DNA of 21,562 nucleotides from Vulcanimicrobiaceae bacterium (GTDB lineage: Bacteria > Vulcanimicrobiota > Vulcanimicrobiia > Vulcanimicrobiales > Vulcanimicrobiaceae). The stretch lies in assembly GCA_046262595.1 (NCBI GenBank), contig JBHEMM010000028.1, forward strand, positions 6,534 through 28,095, read 5' to 3'. Below the pieces are notes generated by a model. The model ran no database searches. It worked only from the letters and a program-made list of their open reading frames with translations, and had not been told where the DNA came from. The translations under genes were made by a program, and so were the position numbers. The number at the start of each line of letters is the position of its first letter. Positions within the stretch are counted from its first letter, which is position 1. This document shows, piece after piece, positions 9,279-17,176 of the stretch.

Positions 9279-11192
9279 TTGCATTTACCCCGCGGCTCGG
9301 CGCTTTACGCAGCGTCGGCACTACTTTTTTTGACACAGGGATGCAGCGGCGCCGGAGCGCCCGTTCCCATGACAGCGCAACCGGACACCATTTCGCGAGG
9401 CGCAACGACGACGATGAGTACGACGGTCGCGCAAAGTACCGGCGTGACGACCGCCCTCTCGACGAAAAGAATCGCCGGTCCGATCGTTGCTTTAGGCAGC
9501 AACGGATCGTTTCAAATGAAAGGCCCCACCGGTGTGGGATACACGTGGATCTATCCCACGTCGACGACGGCAAAATTTTATCAGGGCCTTCAGCCCGCGC
9601 TCAATGAATACGCGCAGATTACGGCCACCGGCACGGCGTATACGCCGATCGTGATCGGTTTGTACAAGTCCGCGCCGGCGACGCCCACGTTTACCGGCAG
9701 AATCACGAGCCAACAGGCGTACGGCATTGCCGTTCAAGACAAGGTAACCGGCATTTACGTGCCCGTGGCTCTGTCGACGAGCAGTTCCGTGACCGTCGCT
9801 CTGACGGTGGGCGCGACGGTCACCATTTCCGGCCCCGGTGCCGTTGCGGCGAGCACGGCGCTTTTTGCCAATACGATCGCTTCGACGTCGACAGCGAGCG
9901 TAACGCCGACGCCGTCCACCACACCGGCGCCTACCGCCACGGCGACTGCTTCCGCGACGGCCACACCGTCGTCCACATATCCGACCACCGCGTTTATGCC
10001 CAGTTCGCGCGGGAAGATCAGCGCCTTTCAAATCTTCGATGAAACCGGAAACGGCACGATCACCAGCACGGCCGCATCTAACGACGGCTGGCGTTATGCA
10101 TCCGTGTGGGGAGTGCGGCCCGGCCTCGGCTCAACGTGGCGCAACAGCAACACGGCGCTCAGAAGCGCTTACTACATGCTCATGGACACCGATCAAAGCA
10201 CGACGGCATGGGGCGCGATCGGTCACTCGTTAACCTGGTGGCAGGCGAACCACCCGACGTGGGTGCTCTACGAATGCACGTCAACCGGAACGCCGACGAC
10301 GACGCCGGCGTACGATTCCGGCTTGCCGAACGTGCCGCTCAACATACGGAACTCATCGGTCGTGAATTACCAGATCGCGCAGCAAGCCGTGCCGTACGCG
10401 ATTAAAGAAGGCTATAACACGCTTGCGGTTGACGAAGTCACGTTCTGGTTCCCGGGCGGCGGCCACGGCTATTACCCGTGCGGAACGTGGAGCAACGGCA
10501 CGTTCACGCGTTTGTACAGCGGACCAAACGACACCGCGTGGGCGAGCGATGTCGTGAACTGGGTGAAGGCGGCGCACGCGATTACGAAGGCAAACAACAT
10601 GCTGCTCTTGGTTAATCATCCCGGCGGCAACATCACGACGAACGAAGCGTCGCTGCTGGCGAACGTCGATGCCGACATGGACGAAACCGGTTTTACCGAT
10701 TACGGCAAGTACCTCATGCCGTCCGTTGCCCCTGTCACGCGAGAAGCGAACTGGATGAAGTACGCCCAAGCGCATGGGACGGCTGTCTTGATCAATCAGG
10801 ACTGGGGTTCCATCACGTCCATGGGCGCATCCCAAAAAGATTACTCGATCGCGACGTATCTTTTAGGGAACGAGCAGGCCGCCTCGCTCTTCGCTTCGAC
10901 GCACACGGGTTACGGCGTCGAAAACTACTATCCGGAGTATGGCACGGCGATCGGCTCGCCGTGCGGTGAGTATTACGGCGGATCGTCTTACAGCTCGACG
11001 CATCCGGCCTTGTACTACCGCAAGTTCGCCAACGCGTTTGTCGTCGTAAACGCGGGCGGGAGCGGCACGGAAGCGGCGACGTTGCCTTCGGGTCATACGT
11101 ACTCGGATATCGAGGGACGCTCCGTCACCTCCTCGCTTTCCGTTGCGGCGAACGACGGCTACGTTCTCAAGACGACGAACGGCTGCCAATAA
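9279..11192 (+). CDS. Lipoprotein with N-terminal beta-rich repeats, Thr/Pro linker and putative glycoside hydrolase (GHL15-like) domain
   Basis: Signal peptide with lipobox-like TQG-C; GGAGG RBS before the TTG start; TP-rich linker; aromatic-rich domain with acidic motifs LAVDE and DMDETGF; C-terminal LYYRKFANAFVVVN. Confidence 0.7.
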   Translation: MHLPRGSALYAASALLFLTQGCSGAGAPVPMTAQPDTISRGATTTMSTTVAQSTGVTTALSTKRIAGPIVALGSNGSFQMKGPTGVGYTWIYPTSTTAKFYQGLQPALNEYAQITATGTAYTPIVIGLYKSAPATPTFTGRITSQQAYGIAVQDKVTGIYVPVALSTSSSVTVALTVGATVTISGPGAVAASTALFANTIASTSTASVTPTPSTTPAPTATATASATATPSSTYPTTAFMPSSRGKISAFQIFDETGNGTITSTAASNDGWRYASVWGVRPGLGSTWRNSNTALRSAYYMLMDTDQSTTAWGAIGHSLTWWQANHPTWVLYECTSTGTPTTTPAYDSGLPNVPLNIRNSSVVNYQIAQQAVPYAIKEGYNTLAVDEVTFWFPGGGHGYYPCGTWSNGTFTRLYSGPNDTAWASDVVNWVKAAHAITKANNMLLLVNHPGGNITTNEASLLANVDADMDETGFTDYGKYLMPSVAPVTREANWMKYAQAHGTAVLINQDWGSITSMGASQKDYSIATYLLGNEQAASLFASTHTGYGVENYYPEYGTAIGSPCGEYYGGSSYSSTHPALYYRKFANAFVVVNAGGSGTEAATLPSGHTYSDIEGRSVTSSLSVAANDGYVLKTTNGCQ

Positions 11193-11204
11193 GCTAAAGA
11201 AACA

Positions 11205-11234
11205 GCCGGCCGTCCGCAGGGTGGGACGGCCGGC
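11205..11234 (+). terminator. 11-bp GC hairpin after the lipoprotein gene (terminator or processing stem)
   Basis: GCCGGCCGTCC-gcagggtg-GGACGGCCGGC; no U-tract on the + strand. Confidence 0.55.
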
Positions 11235-11238
11235 AAGG

Positions 11239-11252
11239 CGAACGTATGTTCG
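11239..11252. promoter_or_regulatory. LexA/SOS box (Gram-positive Cheo type)
   Basis: CGAAC-GTAT-GTTCG matches CGAAC-RNRY-GTTCG exactly, 1 nt before ATG 11254. Confidence 0.8.
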
Positions 11253-11253
11253 C

Positions 11254-11694
11254 ATGAAAAAGTGCAGTACGTGCGGGTGCGTGTTGCCGCTTGCGGAGTT
11301 TCGGATAAAGTCGCGCGCAAAAAAGACATACCACTCGGCGTGCCGCGCTTGCTTCGTCATCTACAGCCGCGCGCATTACCGCGAAAACAGCGAGATCTAT
11401 AAACGGCATCGCGCTCGCAATGCACCGCGTTACCGCGAAAACAACCGCCGGCGCGTTCTGGACTACTTGGCCGCCTCACCTTGCGTGGACTGCGGCGAAA
11501 ACGACCCAATCGTATTGGAGTTTGATCACGTGCGCGGCGAAAAGATGGCGAACGTGAGTGAAATGGTCGGCCAATGCTACTCTTGGCGCCGTATAGTTGA
11601 AGAGATACAAAAGTGCGTCGTGCGGTGCGCCAATTGCCACCGGAGGAAAACTGCTGGTCAGTTTAAATGGTTCAGGGGCAGATCCGGGACGTAG
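11254..11694 (+). CDS. Zn-finger HNH endonuclease-like protein (146 aa)
   Basis: N-terminal CxxC...CxxC (CSTC, CRAC); C-terminal CVDCG..DP..LEFDHV...KC..RCANCHRRKT beta-beta-alpha-metal motif. Confidence 0.85.
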   Translation: MKKCSTCGCVLPLAEFRIKSRAKKTYHSACRACFVIYSRAHYRENSEIYKRHRARNAPRYRENNRRRVLDYLAASPCVDCGENDPIVLEFDHVRGEKMANVSEMVGQCYSWRRIVEEIQKCVVRCANCHRRKTAGQFKWFRGRSGT

Positions 11695-11758
11695 CTCAGC
11701 TTGGTAGAGCGCTAGCTTTGGGAGTTAGAAGTCGCTGGTTCGAGTCCAGTCGTCCCGA
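11685..11758 (+). tRNA. tRNA-Pro (TGG), CCA not encoded
   Basis: Acceptor CGGGACG/CGTCCCG; anticodon arm CTAGC-TT-TGG-GA-GTTAG; T-loop TTCGAGT. Confidence 0.97.
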
Positions 11759-11788
11759 TGTTATTTTTGAGGCTCTCTTGCGCCGTCG

Positions 11789-11797
11789 TGGTATCTT
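11789..11797 (+). promoter_or_regulatory. Extended -10 element upstream of tRNA-Arg/His
   Basis: TGgTATCTT. Confidence 0.45.
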
Positions 11798-11842
11798 AAC
11801 GTAGGCAGCGCGCGATGCCCGGATCGCTGCCTGTCGGGTAGT

Positions 11843-11915
<73 letters not shown>

Positions 11916-11923
11916 GACTGTGT

Positions 11924-12002
11924 GGTGGTTGTAGCTCAGTTGGTTAGAGCGCTCGACTGTGACTCGAGAGGTTCGCGGGTTCAAATCCCGTCAGCCACCC
12001 CA
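11924..12002 (+). tRNA. tRNA-His (GTG), with G-1, C73 and encoded CCA
   Basis: G-GTGGTTG/CAGCCAC-C-CCA; anticodon arm CTCGA-CT-GTG-AC-TCGAG. Confidence 0.96.
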
Positions 12003-12120
12003 AACGACAAAAGCGGCGCCGCGATTTAAGACGGCGCTGCTTTCGTTACGCAAGTTTGACCGATTGCATGCCCGGCTGGGCAGAAGAGTGCCGCCCTGCG
12101 GCGCGAACGTCCGCCTAGCA

Positions 12121-14916
12121 ATGGACGCCCGCCGCATGTCTCCCTCGCGCGCATCGCTCGGCGTGCTGGTGACCGCTTTATCAGCGGTCTTTTTGGCATT
12201 TGCGCTCTTGCAGGCGTTCTCTCTCAACGGGCAGGCGGAGCTCCCTGCGCCCGCCCTGATGCGCGAGCGGACCGCCGTGAAGTACGAACGTCTGCTGTAT
12301 CCGGTCATCGTCGATCTCGGGCGGTACCGCGTCAACCGCGAAATGCTTGGCCATCGGCCGTTCGCCCCCGATGCGCGCGCGTCGGTCGATCGGGCTATGC
12401 TCGCCGCGACGGCTTTCACCCGCGCTTACGACGCTGACGTGCAAACGAGCGGGCCGTGGAACGCGGTGCGCAAGGATTGGCAGGCCGCGCGCAGCGTCAA
12501 TGCGCCTTACCGCGGGAACGCGATTGACAACACCATGAGCGATCTCGTCGGAGTGGTTTATCGCGTCGAGGATACAACCGGTCTCGCGTACGAGCCGGAC
12601 AAGTACGCCCAGGACCTCGCCGACATCGCTTTCGCGAAAATTCCTTCTGCCGCCGACGTCATGCTGCATACGCGCCTTCTGGTCGAGAACGCCCTTACGC
12701 GCCACACGATCGACATTGCCGACCGCATACGCTTAGCACGGCACGCCGGCGCTTTGGGCGTCGCAGGCACGGACAGCGATTTCAGCACGGACGACTGGGC
12801 GGCGATCCTTCAGCGGCTGCCAGACCTTCACATGGGCTCTGTCGCGGACGCGGAAGCGTACGGTGCGCACGCTGGCCGGTTTGCGTCGGCCGCGCTCGCG
12901 CTTGCACGGTACAGCAACGCGCACGTCGTCATGCTGCAGACCCCGAGCGGGGATCCGGCGCAAGCGCGGCGCCTCGCCGACGCGATGGTCGGCGTCACCG
13001 CGGCGGTAAACACGGATGTTGCCGCAATGCTCGATCGGTCGCTTTACACGCGCATCGGCTTTGCTCAAAAACGCGAACGGTACGTCTACGCCGTGGTGCT
13101 GCTTTCCGCTGCGTTACTCATCGGCATCATGCTGCTCGTCGCCGAATTCACCGCGCGCCGAGACCGCGATCTGCTGCAGAAAGCCAAGCAAGAATCGGAA
13201 CATTTGGCCGCCGAGTTGGCGCGGCAGAACGCCGAGCGCGCGCTCCGGCTTTCCGAAGCGCAGTTCCGGGCGGTGTTTCACGGCGCGGCGCTTGGGATCG
13301 CGGTGCTCGATCGCAGCGGCGCGGTGTTGGACGCGAATGCGGTCTTCAGAAACGTCTACGGCGAGAACGCCTCGGGCATCCTGGAGGATCGTGACGGCGA
13401 GTTTGCCGAGTTGATGCGCGGCGAGCGCGACCTCTTCGAGTTCGAGCAGCATGTAATGACGCCGTCCGGACAGGAAGCGTGGACGAATTCCACCGTTTCG
13501 TTGGTCAATGACGAAACGGGCAATCCGTATTTTGCCATCTGCATGTTCCGTGATCTCACCGACCTCAAGCGGAACGAGCGGCGCATGCTGCACGATATGA
13601 CGCACGACGGGCTGACCGGCCTGCCGAACCGCGCGCTGTTTGAAGCGAAAGTGCGGGAACAGTTTCTGGAGGCTAAAGCACGTCCGCAATCCTCGTTCGC
13701 CGTCCTATTTGTCGATTTGGACCGCTTCAAGGACATCAACGAATCGCTCGGTCACGATGCCGGCGATTTCGTCATCTCGCAAGTCGGACACCGGCTGCGC
13801 GCCGCAATCGAATCGGCGGATGTCGTGGCGCGCCTGGGCAGCGACGAGTTTGCCGTGCTTGTACGTTCCCTGCCCGATGTGCTGCATGTGGAAGTCATTG
13901 CGAGACGTTTGCTCACGGCGCTGGCCAAACCGGTGGCACTGGGAAGCCGGTCGATCTTTATCTGCGCGAGCGTCGGCATCGCGCTATGCGGAACCGGCTA
14001 TCAGCGCGGCGAGGACGTCATGCGCGACGCGGACATCGCCATGCGTTACGCCAAGAGCGGCGGCGGAGGACGGTTCGCTGTGTTCGATTCGAAGATGCAC
14101 GCTCGAGCCGAAAAGCGGCTGCAACTCACGACGGAGCTGCGCCTGGCGCTCGAGCAGCGCGAGTTCAAGCTGCTTTACCAGCCCATCGTCCGCATCGCGG
14201 ATGGCGAGCTGACCGGATGCGAAGCGCTGCTGCGGTGGAATCATCCCGCCGAGGGTGTGATGCTGCCGATGGATTTCATGCCGCTCGCGGAGCAGACGGC
14301 GCTGGCCGTGCCTATCGGCCGTTTCGTCTTGCGCACGGCCTGTGAACAACTCTCGCACTGGAAACGTGCCGCGGGCAACAACGCGCTTTTTCCGGTCAAC
14401 GTCAACGTTTCGGCCGCGGAATTGTTGCACCCAGAGTTTGAAACGGTATTGGACGCAGCGATCCGCGAGTTCGGCGTTTCACCTTCGGATTTGACGCTCG
14501 AGATTACCGAGAGCGTCGTGCTCGATGCGGGCACGCGACCGAACGCACTCATCGAGCGCCTTCGCGGCAAGGGATTCAGTGTCTGCATCGATGATTTCGG
14601 CACCGGCTACTCTTCACTGCGCTATCTGCAGCAGTTCAAAGTGGATGCGATAAAAATCGATCGCTCGTTCGTCGCGGGACAGGACGGCGACATCGCGAGC
14701 GAACCCATCGTGCGCACGCTGATGACGCTGGCCGAAGCCTTCGATGTGCGCGTCGTTGCGGAAGGAATCGAAACGCCCAGGCAGCGCGACGTGCTCCGGA
14801 ATGCAGCGTGCCGGTTCGGGCAAGGATATCTTTATTCGAAGGCGCTTACGGCCGCGCAGCTCGCCGCGATGTATCCGGCGGCGTTCGGTTTGGAACCGCG
14901 TCACGCGCCCGCATAG
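12121..14916 (+). CDS. Membrane-anchored PAS-GGDEF-EAL c-di-GMP signalling protein
   Basis: Two TM segments flank an extracytoplasmic domain; PAS/PAC; HDGLTGLPNR, DLDRFKDINESLGH, RLGSDEF; EALLRW, LEITE, DDFGTGYSSL, KIDRSF, VAEGIE, QGY. Start is ATG 12121 or 12136. Confidence 0.95.
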   Translation: MDARRMSPSRASLGVLVTALSAVFLAFALLQAFSLNGQAELPAPALMRERTAVKYERLLYPVIVDLGRYRVNREMLGHRPFAPDARASVDRAMLAATAFTRAYDADVQTSGPWNAVRKDWQAARSVNAPYRGNAIDNTMSDLVGVVYRVEDTTGLAYEPDKYAQDLADIAFAKIPSAADVMLHTRLLVENALTRHTIDIADRIRLARHAGALGVAGTDSDFSTDDWAAILQRLPDLHMGSVADAEAYGAHAGRFASAALALARYSNAHVVMLQTPSGDPAQARRLADAMVGVTAAVNTDVAAMLDRSLYTRIGFAQKRERYVYAVVLLSAALLIGIMLLVAEFTARRDRDLLQKAKQESEHLAAELARQNAERALRLSEAQFRAVFHGAALGIAVLDRSGAVLDANAVFRNVYGENASGILEDRDGEFAELMRGERDLFEFEQHVMTPSGQEAWTNSTVSLVNDETGNPYFAICMFRDLTDLKRNERRMLHDMTHDGLTGLPNRALFEAKVREQFLEAKARPQSSFAVLFVDLDRFKDINESLGHDAGDFVISQVGHRLRAAIESADVVARLGSDEFAVLVRSLPDVLHVEVIARRLLTALAKPVALGSRSIFICASVGIALCGTGYQRGEDVMRDADIAMRYAKSGGGGRFAVFDSKMHARAEKRLQLTTELRLALEQREFKLLYQPIVRIADGELTGCEALLRWNHPAEGVMLPMDFMPLAEQTALAVPIGRFVLRTACEQLSHWKRAAGNNALFPVNVNVSAAELLHPEFETVLDAAIREFGVSPSDLTLEITESVVLDAGTRPNALIERLRGKGFSVCIDDFGTGYSSLRYLQQFKVDAIKIDRSFVAGQDGDIASEPIVRTLMTLAEAFDVRVVAEGIETPRQRDVLRNAACRFGQGYLYSKALTAAQLAAMYPAAFGLEPRHAPA

Positions 14917-14932
14917 GGACCGGCCGTGGTGC

Positions 14933-14961
14933 TTGTCAAAGTGGGTAAAGGCGGCTAAACT
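14933..14961 (+). promoter_or_regulatory. Sigma70-type promoter for the tRNA-Lys pair
   Basis: TTGTCA-N17-TAAACT, ending 9 nt before tRNA-Lys. Confidence 0.75.
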
Positions 14962-14970
14962 AGCACGGTT

Positions 14971-15043
14971 GCGCCTTTAGCTCAGTTGGTAGAGCAGTAG
15001 ACTTTTAATCTATTGGTCCCGGGTTCGAGTCCCGGAGGGCGCA
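14971..15043 (+). tRNA. tRNA-Lys (TTT), CCA not encoded
   Basis: Acceptor GCGCCTT/AGGGCGC; anticodon arm GTAGA-CT-TTT-AA-TCTAT. Confidence 0.96.
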
Positions 15044-15048
15044 CGTAA

Positions 15049-15123
<75 letters not shown>

Positions 15124-15126
15124 AAT

Positions 15127-15336
15127 TTATGCCGGCTCGAGCATTCGTTGCAGGGCGGCCAAACGATGGAGTTCGTGACGGTAGAAGTTGAGCGCGTCCG
15201 CCGGAACCGGCTCGTGCGTTTCCGACGCGATCGCGCGAAAAAGCGCCGCGTCCACATAAGCGGCTGAAAGTGACCCGTCCGCAACGTTCGTTGAGAGCGC
15301 TTTTATACGCTCCCATATTCGTTCACCGTTCGTCAT
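15127..15336 (-). CDS. Small hypothetical protein (69 aa, helical)
   Basis: ATG preceded by purine-rich GGAGAGAAGGG; natural-looking composition; stop lies 3 nt from the tRNA-Lys 3' end. Confidence 0.6.
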   Translation of the reverse strand: MTNGERIWERIKALSTNVADGSLSAAYVDAALFRAIASETHEPVPADALNFYRHELHRLAALQRMLEPA

Positions 15337-15617
15337 GTCGCCCTTCTCTCCGCAAAGGGGGACGGCGGCTGCACCCGCCGACCCCTTCGTGCTGCAGAGG
15401 CACGAGATATGGCGTTTCTCGTTGCTCGAACGTACCGTACCGTACGGGCGGTTGCAACCCCTAGATTTGGGGGGAACAACGGACTAAACGCAATTTTTGC
15501 CATATCGTAGTTATAAACTTGATTGACATTCCGAGGGCGGGCGGTGCTGCTCTTGAACGTCAAGCGTAGTGACCCGTAGGCGCTGTCTCTGCGGCGCGCG
15601 CGCAGCGCGACCGCGAG

Positions 15618-16620
15618 GTGGTCCAGCGCACGGCGGAGCTCTTAACGAGCAATCTTCCGCTCGAGGAGCTTTTCCATGCGATCGTTCTCTTTTGGCGCGC
15701 TTCGTCGATGCGCGATGGTCTTTATTGCGCTCAAAGAACAGGAGAGCGCGCAAATCGCCTTCATGCTGGAAAACGGCGTCGTCGGCACGCTGGAGAACCG
15801 GCGCGCGCATCCGCATCCCGAACGATGCACGTGCGCATGCGTTCGGCTATCGCAAGCGAGACCAGAAACGGCCGCGCGCGGCTTCGAGCAGCGATTCGGA
15901 AGCAACACCGCGCACCGGTGCTCGGGCGCTTGACCATCAGCGCGGGTGTGGCGGCGAAAGCAGCGAGCCGCTGTGCGCGACGGCGGATGCCGCGCTTTAT
16001 CTGGCCAAACGTTCCGGGCGCAACCGGGTCGCCGACGAGAACTACCGCTCCGACGCGCCGCCCGCGTATGCAGCAAAACATATCGTCAAAACTTGCAGCA
16101 GGTCGGCAGCAGCGTTGTCGTCGGGCGTTCGGAGCATCTGCGTCAGCTGCGCAAGCTGCTGCGCAGTCGTATCTTATCAACAAACTCGCCGCGGCGGTGA
16201 GCGCGTCGGGTGCCGCGCCGATCGCCTCGAAGCCGGCAGCAGTGTACTTCCTGCATGCAAAGCGCGTGCTAATCGTCCTGGACAACTGCGATCTCGTGAG
16301 CGCGCACGTGGCGAAAACGGCTCTCGCCATTTTGGAGCACGCGCGCAACGTGCGGCTGATGGTGACGTCGCGCACGCCGCTCATGGTCGGCGAAGTCGCG
16401 TTTACGCTGCCGCCGCTCGCGTTGGACGACTCGGTGGCACTGTTTACCGATTGCGCGAAGAACGCGGCGCGCGCGAGTTCTATCGACCGGCAAACCGCCG
16501 AGCGCATCTGCCGGCAACGCGACGGCTCGCCACGCGCGATACAGCTTTGCGGCGGCGCAGTTGCGCTTGATCAACGCCGCAACACTTCTTGAGCGCTTGC
16601 CGGAACGCGCGCATCTTCAG
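15618..16620 (+). pseudogene. Decayed GAF - GGDEF - STAND (NB-ARC-like) ATPase fusion gene
   Basis: Fragments in alternating frames: AELLTSNLPLEELF; LTISAGVA; ADAALYLAKRSGRNRV; NL...VGRSEHLRQLRKLL; LIVLDNC..VTSRTPL..LPPL..ICRQRDGSPRAIQL. The GGDEF core and Walker A are missing. Confidence 0.8.
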
Positions 16621-16879
16621 CGCGAAGCGGGGCGCGGCGCGGGCTCATCGTATCGGCGTACAATGTGCTCTCCCCCACGCGGCAGCCTCCGGATCAGGCG
16701 GATTATGAGAACGTCGTGCGTGAGGCGTGCGCGGCCGTCGGACGCGTGCCCGGCGATAAAGAAACGCGCGGCGCGCATGCCATGAAATGGCCCGAAGCGC
16801 TGCAGGAGGCGCTGCAGATTTAACGCGGAGCGCACAAGGAGAATAGCCCGGGGCGTTATATCTAACGGGGTCGCCACGA

Positions 16880-16961
16880 GGGCAAGTGGCGGAACTGGCA
16901 GACGCGCTGGATTTAGGTTCCAGTGGGGAGACCCATCAGAGTTCGAGTCTCTGCTTGCCCA
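16880..16961 (+). tRNA. tRNA-Leu (TAG), CCA not encoded
   Basis: Acceptor GGGCAAG/CTTGCCC; anticodon arm CTGGA-TT-TAG-GT-TCCAG; long variable arm. Confidence 0.96.
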
Positions 16962-17043
16962 GATTGATCTGCCGCCGCGGCGCGGCGGCACGATCTCAGG
17001 GTCCACGTGCCTGACGAAACTGCGCTGCAAAACAACAGTGCCT

Positions 17044-17115
17044 GCGGAAGTAGCTCAGTGGTAGAGCATCGCCTTGCCAAGGCGAGGGTCGCGAGTTCGA
17101 ATCTCGTCTTCCGCT
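17044..17115 (+). tRNA. tRNA-Gly (GCC), CCA not encoded
   Basis: Acceptor GCGGAAG/CTTCCGC; anticodon arm TCGCC-TT-GCC-AA-GGCGA. Confidence 0.97.
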
Positions 17116-17176
17116 AATTCAACGGTGCGGCGCAACATGCGCGCGCATCTCCGAGCCGCCGTAGGAGCACGTTCGC

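Noticed and set aside
11143..11253. ORF-track extension of the HNH gene
   Set aside because: It overlaps the upstream gene end and the hairpin; ATG 11254 directly precedes the first CxxC.
11959..12120. ORF-track N-terminal extension of the GGDEF-EAL protein
   Set aside because: It starts inside tRNA-His; ATG 12121 or 12136 precedes the first TM segment.
15569..16592. Two overlapping ORFs of about 330 aa treated as intact genes
   Set aside because: Each carries only patches of recognisable protein; they are better explained as one frameshifted pseudogene.
15124..16879. Intact integrative element or prophage at tRNA-Lys
   Set aside because: No integrase and no duplicated tRNA 3' end (att site) found by eye.
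16970..16990. GC hairpin between tRNA-Leu and tRNA-Gly
   Set aside because: Ordinary spacer or processing stem with no further supporting signal.
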